Positions 1-9,745 of a DNA stretch of 64,000 bases are shown here, piece by piece; position 1 is the first letter of the stretch; every line of letters begins with the position of its first letter. A program made the translations under genes and the position numbers. The notes beneath the pieces were generated by a model. The model worked only from the letters and a program-made list of their open reading frames with translations. It searched no databases and was not told the DNA's origin. The stretch is from an uncultured Acidobacteriota bacterium (lineage in GTDB: Bacteria; Acidobacteriota; Terriglobia; Acidiferrales; UBA7541), in contig CAVPKZ010000085.1 in assembly GCA_963705755.1 (NCBI GenBank), forward strand, positions 2,191 to 66,190. The letters are read 5' to 3'.

Positions 1-389
1 TTGTTCTTTTGTTGGCGACCGGCACGACGCTCAACGTGATGTCCCTGATGGGGGTGGTCATGATGGTGGGCATCGTCGTTTCCAACAGTATTTTGATCGT
101 GGAATTCACGCGCACTTTGCGAGAAGAAGGGAAGTCGCTCCGCGAAGCCGTGGCCATCGCATGTCGCGTGCGCTTGCGGCCCATCCTGATGACTTCGCTC
201 GCTACCATTCTTGGATTGATTCCCATGGCGTTGAAGCTGGGTACCGGCTCCGAAGCGTATGCGCCTCTTGCTCGCGCCATCATCGGCGGGCTACTCGTTT
301 CCGTGGTCGTAACTGTTTACCTGGTTCCCGCCGGGTACATTCTGGCGCACCGCAATGACAAACAAATTCCCGAAGAGAGCATCGCGTGA
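1..389 (+). CDS. Efflux RND transporter permease (AcrB/CusA family), C-terminal part truncated by window edge
   Basis: Terminal RND TM motifs GIVVSNSILIVEF, RLRPILMTSLATILGLIPMA, PLARAIIGGL. Confidence 0.93.
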   Translation, partial: VLLLATGTTLNVMSLMGVVMMVGIVVSNSILIVEFTRTLREEGKSLREAVAIACRVRLRPILMTSLATILGLIPMALKLGTGSEAYAPLARAIIGGLLVSVVVTVYLVPAGYILAHRNDKQIPEESIA

Positions 390-1792
390 GAAGCCGATTC
401 CACCTCCCAGTCGCCATTGCAATTCTTGGCTGCGTCGGCGCTCGAGGACAGACGCAGACACCCCTGACGCCGCCACCCCAATCGAATCCCACACCACTAC
501 CACCGCCACCGCAACAAAACGGCTCCCTGCGGTCGCAAGCCGCCAATTCGCTGGCGGCCCACGCCACCGGTCCGACCTTGACGCTGAAGGAAGCCGAGGA
601 CCTTGCACTGAAAAGGAATCCGCAAATCACCATAGGGAAACTGCAGGCGCTGGTATCTCAACAAAATGTGCGGGAGTCGCGTTCAGCTCTGCTGCCCAAC
701 GCTTTTCTCAGTGTCACTGCCGCGGACGCGCATGCAGGTAGTCGCATCACCGCTGGCGCATTAAACAATCCCATCATTTTCCCGCGCGCCGCTACGGGCG
801 TTACGGTCAGCCAGTTGATCACTGACTTCGGACGCACCAACAACCTGCTTGCAAGCTCGGAATATCAAGCCAAGGCCGAGGACATGTTGGCTCAAGCCAC
901 CACAGCTCAAATCGTGCTCGCGGTCGACCAGGCGTTTTTTAACGCTCTGGAAACCAAAGCGCTGGTGTCCGTGGCGCAGGAAACCGTCAGCACTCGCCAA
1001 ACTTTTGTCGACAAGATTCAAGCCCTGACCAATGCGAAACTAAAGTCCGATATCGATTTGAGCTTCGCCAATGTGGATCTGGCGCGTGGCCGTCTGCTCT
1101 TGCTGGAGGCCATCAACAATTACGAGGCGTCACTCAATTCTCTATCTGCCATTCTTGGTTACCAGGACCAGCAAAATTTTCAACCAGTGGAGGAAATCAA
1201 GGAAACCGCTCCGCCAGCGCCGGATGTAAACCCGTTAGTCATGCAAGCTTTGCAACAGCGTCCTGAAGTGCAAGCGTTGACCGATCAACTGGCCTCAGCC
1301 GAAAAGTTTGCAACCGCCGAGCATGATTTAAAGAAGCCCACCATCAGCGCGCTCGCTGCCGCCGGAATCACCCCGGTACGCAGCGGCCAGCCGTTAACCA
1401 ACTGGTATGGAGCCGCGGGCGTGAATATTAATCTTCCGTTATTCACCGGTTTCCTGTTTGACGCGCGCGCCAAAGCGGCGGACTTACAAACAGAAGCAAA
1501 TCGCCAGCGGCTCTCCGACCTGAGGAATAACATCGCTCGCGACGTTCGTAACGCTTGGCAGGACACCAATCGAGCCTACGAACGGCTTTCTGTGACCCAG
1601 CAACTCCGCGAGCAGGCCAACCTCGCCTTTGACCTCGCGCAATCTCGCTACAATTTGGGACTCAGCTCCATCGTGGAATTCAGTCAAGCCGCTTTGCAAA
1701 AGACCGAAGCGGACATCGAGGGCACCGACGCCCAGTACCAATATCGCTTGACCCAAATTGTCCTCGCCTTTACCATGGCATCACCGAAGTAA
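386..1792 (+). CDS. TolC family outer-membrane efflux protein
   Basis: Signal peptide, LTLKEA..ALKRNP start, two OEP-like repeats, RYNLGLSSIVE; GTGA overlap with the RND gene. Confidence 0.9.
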   Translation: MRSRFHLPVAIAILGCVGARGQTQTPLTPPPQSNPTPLPPPPQQNGSLRSQAANSLAAHATGPTLTLKEAEDLALKRNPQITIGKLQALVSQQNVRESRSALLPNAFLSVTAADAHAGSRITAGALNNPIIFPRAATGVTVSQLITDFGRTNNLLASSEYQAKAEDMLAQATTAQIVLAVDQAFFNALETKALVSVAQETVSTRQTFVDKIQALTNAKLKSDIDLSFANVDLARGRLLLLEAINNYEASLNSLSAILGYQDQQNFQPVEEIKETAPPAPDVNPLVMQALQQRPEVQALTDQLASAEKFATAEHDLKKPTISALAAAGITPVRSGQPLTNWYGAAGVNINLPLFTGFLFDARAKAADLQTEANRQRLSDLRNNIARDVRNAWQDTNRAYERLSVTQQLREQANLAFDLAQSRYNLGLSSIVEFSQAALQKTEADIEGTDAQYQYRLTQIVLAFTMASPK

Positions 1793-1983
1793 TCTTTCCC
1801 GTGGTGCAGAAGGCTAGAGGACCGTCACTTGGACGCTACGAAAATGGATTCTTGGCTCCTTCAAGCATTCCTGGTTCTCATGTATCAGCAGTCCCCCTTC
1901 CGTTTGTCCGCCTGCTGTTGAAGCATCTGCAATTTTCGTAACTCCCTCTTCAATTGCGATTTATATCGCAGTGTTTCCGCTGT

Positions 1984-2022
1984 GTTACAGGATATTCACA
2001 TCGGATTCACGCAACTGTAAGA
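1984..2022 (+). promoter_or_regulatory. Tandem Pho-box-like direct repeats upstream of porin
   Basis: GTTACA(1984), TTCACA(1995), TTCACG(2006), GTAAGA(2017) at exact 11-bp period, followed by -10-like TACCGT at 2032. Confidence 0.7.
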
Positions 2023-2097
2023 CGGAGCCTTTACCGTTCTGGGCCACGCGACAGATTACTCCGGTACATCTTGAATTTAGATCTAAAGAGAGAGGCA

Positions 2098-4122
2098 ATG
2101 AAAAAACTGGCAGCACTAACACTATCCCTATTCCTCACTTCAGGAATAGCATTCGCTGATTCACCGAAAGACGCCGACTCGACCCCGGCCAAGAACGCAC
2201 CATCGGAGAAAGCCAAGGAAGCCAATAAATCCGATAAGTCGGATTCGGCCATTGCTGCTGAGATTGAAGAGTTGCGCCAAACTCTGCAATCGCAACAGGA
2301 ACAATTGCAATTGCTGAAAGAAGAGCTCGCCAAGCGCGATCGCCAGATCGATGAAGCTCGCGAGGCAGCTGCGGCGGCAAATTCGCGTGCCAGCGAAGCC
2401 AGCGTAAAGGCTAGCGAGGCTGTCGCGACTAGCAATGCGGCCCGCTCCACCTCTGCAGCGATCAGCAGCAATACGGTCGCGAGCTCTGCAGGTGAACCGG
2501 TTGTGGCCCAGCAGGCCCATGATCCTAAAGACCCCAAGTCTAAGCCGACAGAAGATGGACCGGCTTCCATTAGATATAAAGGTGTCTCGATCACACCAGG
2601 GGGATTCATCGCGGCTGAGACCATTTACCGCACACGCGCGAACAGCGCCGACATCAACACGCCTTTTAACAGCATCCCGTTCGGTGGCAACTCTCTGAGC
2701 AAGGTTTCAGAATTCAACTTTACCGCGAGACAGAGCCGCGCAACCGTGCTGGCGGAGAGCACCGTGGGCAGCACTAAGCTCACTGGTTACTTTGAATCTG
2801 ACTTTCTCGGTGCAGGCACTACCTCCAACAACCGCGAAAGCAACAGCTACGTATTTCGCCAGAGGCAACTCTTCGCGCAGGTAGCGCTCGAAAGTGGCTT
2901 GTCCATAACAGCTGGGCAAATGTGGAGTCTCGCAACGGAAAACAAGAAGGGCATCCAGAACCGTCAAGAAAACTTGCCGGCGCAAATCGATCCGCAATAC
3001 GTCGTCGGCTTCACTTGGCAGCGTGCTTATGGTTTCCGCGTAGTGCAGAGCATGTTCGACAACCGCTTCGCCATCGGAATCGCAGTGGAAGGACCCCAGG
3101 CTACTCTCGGCGGCCGTGGCTTCAGCACCTACACCAATGCCGCCGGTGCGACGTCGCAAGACTTCTTTCTCAACGCCCCCGGAAACGGCGGCGGTCTTTA
3201 TAACGCATTCGACGCCACAGGATATACCGTAAATAAAGCGCCCGATCTCATTGCCAAACTCACTTTCGATCCAGGCTTTGGCCACTACGAGATCTTCGGA
3301 ATCGAAAGCACTTTCCGTAACCGCGTCTATCCTTGCGCGGTTGTTAGCCCCCCAGCCAGCACAAAGACCACCATCGTGACCGGTACGCCGATAACTTGCG
3401 GAGACGCGCCAACAGCCACTACCCCGTCGGCAGCAGGCTCGTTTAATGATTCGCGGATTGGAGGCGGTGTTGGGGCTAGCGCTACCATTCCTTTGCTTCC
3501 AAAGAAGCTGGACGTCGGTTTAAAGGTCGTAGCAGGCGACGGAATCGGCCGCTTCGGATCCGCCCAACTACCTGACGTGACCGCAAGACCCTCCGGCACC
3601 CTGGCGCCTATCCGTACCGCGCACGGGCTCGCGAGACTCGAATTCCATCCTAATTCGAAAATCGATTTGTACGCTTACGTAGGCGATGAGTATGCAACCC
3701 GCGCGGCTTACAAGGGCTACTCGTCCGTAAAGCTGACGACCAACACCTTCACGGGACCAGCCTTCGGAGCCCCGGTTACTACCACCACCACCGTAGCTGT
3801 TTCCTCAACCGGAATTGGAGGTTATGGCTCGCCATTTGCCAACAACACCGGTTGCAGCACGGAAGTGCCTCCCACCAGCTCGTTCATCCCAGGTACCGGC
3901 GGAACCTGCGCTGGAGATACCCGCAATATTATCGAGGGTACTATCGGCTTCTGGCACCGGATCTATCAGGGTCCGAGAGGCCGCATTCAGTGGGGTCTGC
4001 AGTATGCATACTTCACCAAGACCGCTTGGTCCGGTAACAATAACGTTACCGGGGGACTCGCAATCGCGCCGAAGGCCGTGGACAACATGATCTGGACTTC
4101 GTTCCGCTATTACCTGCCATAG
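2098..4122 (+). CDS. Putative outer-membrane porin (signal peptide + coiled coil + beta-barrel; DcaP-like), probably phosphate-regulated
   Basis: RBS GAGAGG then ATG 2098 (MKKLAALTLSLFL...AFA); coiled coil; RQSR and YFESDF porin-like strands; C-terminal SFRYYLP. Confidence 0.7.
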   Translation: MKKLAALTLSLFLTSGIAFADSPKDADSTPAKNAPSEKAKEANKSDKSDSAIAAEIEELRQTLQSQQEQLQLLKEELAKRDRQIDEAREAAAAANSRASEASVKASEAVATSNAARSTSAAISSNTVASSAGEPVVAQQAHDPKDPKSKPTEDGPASIRYKGVSITPGGFIAAETIYRTRANSADINTPFNSIPFGGNSLSKVSEFNFTARQSRATVLAESTVGSTKLTGYFESDFLGAGTTSNNRESNSYVFRQRQLFAQVALESGLSITAGQMWSLATENKKGIQNRQENLPAQIDPQYVVGFTWQRAYGFRVVQSMFDNRFAIGIAVEGPQATLGGRGFSTYTNAAGATSQDFFLNAPGNGGGLYNAFDATGYTVNKAPDLIAKLTFDPGFGHYEIFGIESTFRNRVYPCAVVSPPASTKTTIVTGTPITCGDAPTATTPSAAGSFNDSRIGGGVGASATIPLLPKKLDVGLKVVAGDGIGRFGSAQLPDVTARPSGTLAPIRTAHGLARLEFHPNSKIDLYAYVGDEYATRAAYKGYSSVKLTTNTFTGPAFGAPVTTTTTVAVSSTGIGGYGSPFANNTGCSTEVPPTSSFIPGTGGTCAGDTRNIIEGTIGFWHRIYQGPRGRIQWGLQYAYFTKTAWSGNNNVTGGLAIAPKAVDNMIWTSFRYYLP

Positions 4123-4156
4123 CATCGGCAGGGCGTCTCCTTTAACGAGGGGTCGC

Positions 4157-4196
4157 GGAAGGGCCGCTCCCCCTGGGCTGCCCTTCCTTTTTTTTT
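4157..4196 (+). terminator. Rho-independent terminator of porin gene
   Basis: GGAAGGGC...GCCCTTCC stem followed by a T9 run. Confidence 0.85.
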
Positions 4197-4244
4197 ATTT
4201 GCATGCGGCTTGAGAGTCTGCCAACGACGCAAATAGACGACCAG

Positions 4245-5702
4245 CTAGAAACGGTAATTCACTTCTGTGAATCCCAGCAAGCCGTTGCTGTTTCCGGGAT
4301 AAATTTTTTCGATCACCGCGCGGCCCTGTGCGTAGCCAAAATAGAGACCCAGCGTAACGCCGTGGGTGAATTTATAGTCCGCGCCCATGTCGTACAGATT
4401 GGCGAAAGCCGTCGAGCCATTCGATGGCCGTCCGGAAAATCCAAATGTCCAGGGTTGATAGGCGCCGCCACCGGTGTACCAGAGGTCGTGACTGTTGGCT
4501 AGCCATAGATCGTGAACGTCGGTGCGCAACACCAGATTTTTGCTGGGACGCAGCATCAGCTCCGCAAAAAGATCGCGGTTATTCATTTCATTGAAGAACG
4601 GGAATCGCGCGTAAACGCGTGGCGTCGGTAGCACCGCAAAGAATGTCCCGTGCGTATCGTCAGCCGGGTTGCCATCTCCGCTGGAGTAGAAATAACCGCC
4701 GCGGATCCACGGCCGAACCGAAGGCAAAATATGCGGCTGGAAACCAGCTTCCGCCGATCCTGCTGCGGAACGCTGCGTAAGCGCGCCCCATTTCCCGCTT
4801 TGCAACGCCCCCCAGCCAACCAGATCAACCGTTCCGGCAGGCGCAGGAAGAGCGGCGATAAAGTGGCCGCCATATGTGCCGATGTCGATCGGCTGCAGAT
4901 CGAGACTGCGCACGGGCGTGGGACGATTGTCAGTCTTTAACACTCCACGATCATCATGATAAAACAGGCCGAAAGCGCGCCATTCCGCGTGCACGTCATC
5001 CTTGTCTAGCTCTCGCGTAACAGAAACATAAGCGATCGGCGTGTTCACCCAGCCCCAACCATCCACCTGGAAGACACCACGTGTCGGTATCGCTCCGACC
5101 GCGGTGAAATTCCACGGGCCACTCGCATAAACGTAGTGCGCGCCGTCGAAGCTGCGCATCACGTCCGAGAAACCAAAAGTGCCAATCAATCTTTGTGCGA
5201 TGCGATCGTTCTTCACCGAAGCCAGCGTGGCATTGGCCGGCTTCACTTCACTTCCATCGGTAAATTCAAAGCGGCCAAATTGCAGACTGGCGTGGTCTCC
5301 TTTTAAACGAACGAAAGCCTGCTTCGGAAAGATAAATGCCGTGTATTGATTGTTGTTGTTGGCCGCATAATAAGCGGCTCCTAACCCCAGCTGTCCTTGC
5401 GGGGCTGGGTCCACCGCGCGATCGGGCAGCCCCAGCAACACCGGAACAGCAAACTCCACGGTCCAATCAAAGTTTTGTCGCTTTTGCGAAAGCGCAAAAC
5501 GCATGAGCGTGCCAGAGTAGCTGTAAAAATTCTGCCCTTTCGCCGGAAACCAGTCCCACACTTCGTAGCGTTCGCGAATACTGCCGGAGAAGGTGACGCC
5601 TCCGATTTCCAGCGGCGGAGGGTCGGACTGTGCTCGAACATAATTGCCGCAGCTGAGAATGCATAACGTCGCCATTAGGAATTTCTTCAAGCAGGCTTCC
5701 AT
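4245..5702 (-). CDS. Alginate export family outer-membrane beta-barrel protein
   Basis: Signal peptide, R.RYE motif, RSFDG, YSSGD..P.D...GTF motifs, C-terminal YRF. Confidence 0.75.
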   Translation of the reverse strand: MEACLKKFLMATLCILSCGNYVRAQSDPPPLEIGGVTFSGSIRERYEVWDWFPAKGQNFYSYSGTLMRFALSQKRQNFDWTVEFAVPVLLGLPDRAVDPAPQGQLGLGAAYYAANNNNQYTAFIFPKQAFVRLKGDHASLQFGRFEFTDGSEVKPANATLASVKNDRIAQRLIGTFGFSDVMRSFDGAHYVYASGPWNFTAVGAIPTRGVFQVDGWGWVNTPIAYVSVTRELDKDDVHAEWRAFGLFYHDDRGVLKTDNRPTPVRSLDLQPIDIGTYGGHFIAALPAPAGTVDLVGWGALQSGKWGALTQRSAAGSAEAGFQPHILPSVRPWIRGGYFYSSGDGNPADDTHGTFFAVLPTPRVYARFPFFNEMNNRDLFAELMLRPSKNLVLRTDVHDLWLANSHDLWYTGGGAYQPWTFGFSGRPSNGSTAFANLYDMGADYKFTHGVTLGLYFGYAQGRAVIEKIYPGNSNGLLGFTEVNYRF

Positions 5703-5941
5703 TTCATAATGCTGTCATCTCCCGGAAAGATTAAGCATGAATACGCGGACCCACAGATTGCACAAAGTCCTGCTCGCACTTAGTCGCGTGGGGTACGAAC
5801 GAAAAACAATAGTTTTGGTAATGGAACGTTGAACCTTGCGGAGATTCTTAATTCGAATGGGTACAAGCGCAATAATTCAAAAGCACTAGGCGGTCGCGCA
5901 CGACACCCCTGGCGACTTCGAGAGGAAGAAAATCAACTAGC

Positions 5942-5984
5942 AAAAGGGGAGATAGGGACCAGAACCAGGGGGTGCTCTGGTCCC
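5942..5984 (-). terminator. Terminator-like hairpin after phoU
   Basis: 11-bp stem GGGACCAGAGC/GTTCTGGTCCC on minus strand, followed by pyrimidine run ending TTTT. Confidence 0.55.
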
Positions 5985-6016
5985 CAGGTAGGACATGAAT
6001 GGAAGATCAAACGCCG

Positions 6017-6805
6017 CTAGTCTTGCAGTTCAACCGCTGAATCCCGATGAAGGCCGTATGAATTTTCTGTGACACGCGACGCCGTCGTGGCCCCGCCGTC
6101 TTCTCCCGGCTCATTCGCCACCAGCAACCCACGCCCGTGCCGCACATCCAGTCCGCGAACCCAGAAAATAATGTCTTCGGATATGTTGGTGGCGTGATCG
6201 GCGATGCGCTCCAGATGCCGCGTCGCAAGCACATATTGCAAGCCCGGGCTGATCATCGTGGGTTCCTGCATCATGCGCCGCAGCAATTCCTCAAAAATGC
6301 GATCGCGATATTGATCCACGGCATCGTCGCTCTCCAGTACCTGCAAAGCCATCTCGACATTCTTGAAAATTAAAGCTCCCAGGCTTTTGCCCACCATGCT
6401 GCGCACCGCCGCGGCCATGGGTGCCAGTTCTTCTATCGCAGTGATTTTAGGCATCTCCCGCAACGAGATAACGCATTGCGCAAGATTCACGGCCAGGTCG
6501 CCGATACGCTCCAGATCGTTGGTGATTTTCAGCGCGGCGACAATCAATCGCATCTCGTCATCGTTAAAACTGCATTGCCGCAACAAGCGAATAGCGTGTT
6601 CGTCGATGACCACTTCCATTTCGTTAATGCGTGGCTCCAGCAAAAATACTTCCCCCGGCAAATCGGCTGTCCGCGAACCGTCCACGTTCACCAGCGCGTC
6701 CAAAGCGCGATTCATGGCCCCTTCCACCGTGCGAGACATCGAAACCAGGTAATTCACCAGCGTGTCGTACAGCACTACTCCGGTTATTTTTGTAACGCTC
6801 GCCAT
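6017..6805 (-). CDS. phoU: Phosphate signalling protein PhoU
   Basis: Two PhoU repeats: LKITNDLERIGDLAVN and RHLERIADHATNISE; start taken at ATG 6805. Confidence 0.93.
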   Translation of the reverse strand: MASVTKITGVVLYDTLVNYLVSMSRTVEGAMNRALDALVNVDGSRTADLPGEVFLLEPRINEMEVVIDEHAIRLLRQCSFNDDEMRLIVAALKITNDLERIGDLAVNLAQCVISLREMPKITAIEELAPMAAAVRSMVGKSLGALIFKNVEMALQVLESDDAVDQYRDRIFEELLRRMMQEPTMISPGLQYVLATRHLERIADHATNISEDIIFWVRGLDVRHGRGLLVANEPGEDGGATTASRVTENSYGLHRDSAVELQD

Positions 6806-6981
6806 AGGCCCTCTTTCGGAGCAGATCTGCGTCAATCGTCGCGCTCGCTCCACGCCAAGTGTGCGACCAGAAATATTACGGGATGTTCACATGCGTATGA
6901 ATGCTCGAATTATTTCAGCAGGTGTGTGTCGAAAACTTTACAGCCGATCGGGGCGGCCAAGAGCTCCGAATTGTAAAAAAA

Positions 6982-8835
6982 CTACGCCGAGGGGCTACGT
7001 CCGCGGTTGCTTCTCGCCGGCGTCGAGCCGCTGGGAGCCACATGTTGCATCGCTCTATGCGCATCGAAAATTGGCACGGAAAAATGAAAATGCGAGCCTT
7101 TGCCAATTTCGCTTTCCACCCAGATACGCCCGCCATGCGCTTCGATCAAATGTTTGGCGATGGCCAGACCGAGTCCCGTTCCGCCAGCTTCGCGCGATCG
7201 CGCTGCGTCGACGCGGTAAAACCGCTCAAAAATCCTCGACTGGTCCGCCCGCGGAATACCGATGCCCGTATCGTTTACCGTGAACACCACTTCCAATTCG
7301 CTTGCTTCCACACTTAGTACGATCTCGCCGCCCGGCAGGGTGTACTGCCGCGCGTTGTCCAGCAGATTTTGCAATACCTCCGCCAACCTGCGCCGGTCGC
7401 CCGCGACACTTGGTGGATTTCCCGGAATGTTCACCGAAAGTTTCAGGCCATTTTCCAATGCGCGGTGTTGCGCCGTCGCCAGGCAGCTGTCTACAATTTG
7501 CGACACGCTAACTTCGTCAATCTCCAGTTCCAACCGGTCGGAATCCATTTGCGAAAGACGCAGGAGGTCCTCGGTCAACCGTGCTAGCCGCCGCGCATGC
7601 TCCAGAATTATTTCCAGGAAGCGCACGCGATTTTGTGCATCGTCGATGGCCCCAGCCAGCAGGGTCTCCGCAAATCCTTGTATAGCGGTGAGCGGGGTTC
7701 GAAATTCGTGCGACACGTTGGCTACAAAATCGCGCCGCACCCGTTCCAACCGGCGCAATTCAGTGATGTCATGCAGCACCACGACAGCGCCCAGAGTATC
7801 GCCCGCCCGCACCGACGCTACGGTTGCGGCAAAATATTTTTGACGCAGCGTCCCGGTAACAATTTCCGCTTCAACCCGCGATTCCCCATGCAATACATTC
7901 CGCACCGCTTCGATCAGTTCCGTCTGGCGAACTATTTCCACCAGCGCGCTACCCGATTTCGGCGGAAACCTCAGGTTAAGTATTTCTGCAAATCCCTGAT
8001 TGGCGAATAGCAGCCGCTCGGAACCGTTCACGACCGCCACGCCCTCCACCATGCTTCCCAGAATTGCCGTAGAGAGATTGCGTTCTTCTGTCAGCGTGCG
8101 AATGGTTTCGTCGAGTTGCGCGGCGGTGCGATTCATCGACGCGCCTAAGTCGTCAAGCGCATCTCCGGAACTGTCAGCCGGGATGACTGTGAAGTCACCC
8201 GCAGCCACGCGTCGAGAAAAATCCTTCAGCCGCTCCACACGATCGGTGAACATACGTGAAATCTGTAAGGCCGCAACCCCCGCAATGAGCAAAATAACAA
8301 AAGAAGAAAGCCACAAGCTGCGACGGAACGATTGCAGCACCTCGTCCACGGTTTCAATCGGTAGAGCAAACCGCAGAATGATCGGCGACCCGCCTGCCAT
8401 GTCGTGGCGAATCGCGTAGTACAGCAGATCGCGGTTCACGGTGACGCTGTGACGGATGGCCCGCCCGCTACCGTTTGCCATTGCCTCGCGAACTTCCGGG
8501 CGAGTGGCGTGATTCTCCATGGTTTGTGAATCGGATTGGGACTCAGCAAAAACGTGGCCATCGCTGCCTATGATGGTTACCCGCGAACCGCTGGCCGCCA
8601 TTTGCGAAATCCACTCATTTAATTTGGCGACATCTTCTGGGCCCGCGGGGGGCAACGCCGGTAAGGCCGCTGCGCGGGCCTGCGCGATCCCGGCAACGGC
8701 ACTAAGTTGCGAATAGGCGGTCCGCTCGTAATCGCGGCGCAAAGCGCGTTCCGCGAAGTAGTCCACCGCTAGCAAAGCGCCGATCAGCAGCGCCAGGAAT
8801 GTAAGGCCGAGTTTTGCGAAAAGATTACGCCGCAC
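6982..8835 (-). CDS. phoR: Phosphate regulon sensor histidine kinase (HAMP-PAS-HisKA-HATPase)
   Basis: [44 protein letters not shown]; lies between phoB and phoU. Confidence 0.9.
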   Translation of the reverse strand: MRRNLFAKLGLTFLALLIGALLAVDYFAERALRRDYERTAYSQLSAVAGIAQARAAALPALPPAGPEDVAKLNEWISQMAASGSRVTIIGSDGHVFAESQSDSQTMENHATRPEVREAMANGSGRAIRHSVTVNRDLLYYAIRHDMAGGSPIILRFALPIETVDEVLQSFRRSLWLSSFVILLIAGVAALQISRMFTDRVERLKDFSRRVAAGDFTVIPADSSGDALDDLGASMNRTAAQLDETIRTLTEERNLSTAILGSMVEGVAVVNGSERLLFANQGFAEILNLRFPPKSGSALVEIVRQTELIEAVRNVLHGESRVEAEIVTGTLRQKYFAATVASVRAGDTLGAVVVLHDITELRRLERVRRDFVANVSHEFRTPLTAIQGFAETLLAGAIDDAQNRVRFLEIILEHARRLARLTEDLLRLSQMDSDRLELEIDEVSVSQIVDSCLATAQHRALENGLKLSVNIPGNPPSVAGDRRRLAEVLQNLLDNARQYTLPGGEIVLSVEASELEVVFTVNDTGIGIPRADQSRIFERFYRVDAARSREAGGTGLGLAIAKHLIEAHGGRIWVESEIGKGSHFHFSVPIFDAHRAMQHVAPSGSTPARSNRGRSPSA

Positions 8836-9520
8836 GGGTTTCGAACAAGTACCCTGCTCCGCGCACGGTTTTCAAATGCATCGGATTTTCCGGGTCTGGT
8901 TCGATCTTTTCGCGCAGGCGGCGGACATAAACATCAACGCTACGAGGGGTAACGAAACGATCCGTGCCCCAGACAGCGTCAAGCAACTGATCCCGGGTGA
9001 ACACGCGATTCGGGCGCGAAGCAAGATAATACAACAAACGAAACTCAAGCGTGCTGAGTGGCACTGCTTTTCCGGAATGACTCACGCGATAAGACGCCGG
9101 GTCAATGGCCAATTTACCGATCTCAATGATGCGCGGCGAATCCGTCGGCGGCTCCGCGCGCCGCAACAGCGCTTTCACTCGCGCAATTAACTCTCGCGGG
9201 CTAAACGGCTTGGTCACATAGTCGTCCGCCCCCATTTCGAGTCCCACAACGCGATCCGCCTCATCTCCACGCGCAGTGAGCATGAGAATTGGCAAACGAT
9301 TCAGCGAATCATCGCGACGAATTTCTCTGCATATATCCAAACCCGAAAGCTTAGGCAGCATTAGGTCCAGCAGCAGCAAATCAGGGGGAGTTTTTTTCAG
9401 CGAATTCAACCCGCTATTTCCGTCAGAAGTCGCGCTGACCTGAAAACCTTCATTGGCCAGGTTGTAGCGCACCAGCTCAACGATGTCGCGGTCGTCCTCA
9501 ATGATCAGGATGCGTTTCAT
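8825..9520 (-). CDS. phoB: PhoB/PhoP family response regulator
   Basis: [23 protein letters not shown], winged-helix [13 protein letters not shown]; ATG 9520. Confidence 0.88.
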   Translation of the reverse strand: MKRILIIEDDRDIVELVRYNLANEGFQVSATSDGNSGLNSLKKTPPDLLLLDLMLPKLSGLDICREIRRDDSLNRLPILMLTARGDEADRVVGLEMGADDYVTKPFSPRELIARVKALLRRAEPPTDSPRIIEIGKLAIDPASYRVSHSGKAVPLSTLEFRLLYYLASRPNRVFTRDQLLDAVWGTDRFVTPRSVDVYVRRLREKIEPDPENPMHLKTVRGAGYLFETRAA

Positions 9521-9646
9521 GCTAATGGAGTAGGCTTTCCGACGTCTGGGCGGCAGTGTATCGTACAGCGGTGCGTTCCGATAGAGTTGTGCAGGATCTT
9601 GGTGGCTCCGAATCTCAAAGGACACGGCTCATTGTGGCAAAGCCCG

Positions 9647-9685
9647 TGTGACGCGGATATGACGGCCACATGAACGTCGCGTGAA
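9647..9685 (-). promoter_or_regulatory. Pho boxes (autoregulation of phoB-phoR)
   Basis: Minus strand TTCACG, TTCATG, GTCATA, GTCACA at exact 11-bp period, then -10-like CACAAT. Confidence 0.78.
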
Positions 9686-9745
9686 CGCGAGTTTTGGCGC
9701 TCTTGGTTTGGCATGGGCGCTGTTTTATGAAATTACTTTAAAGAA

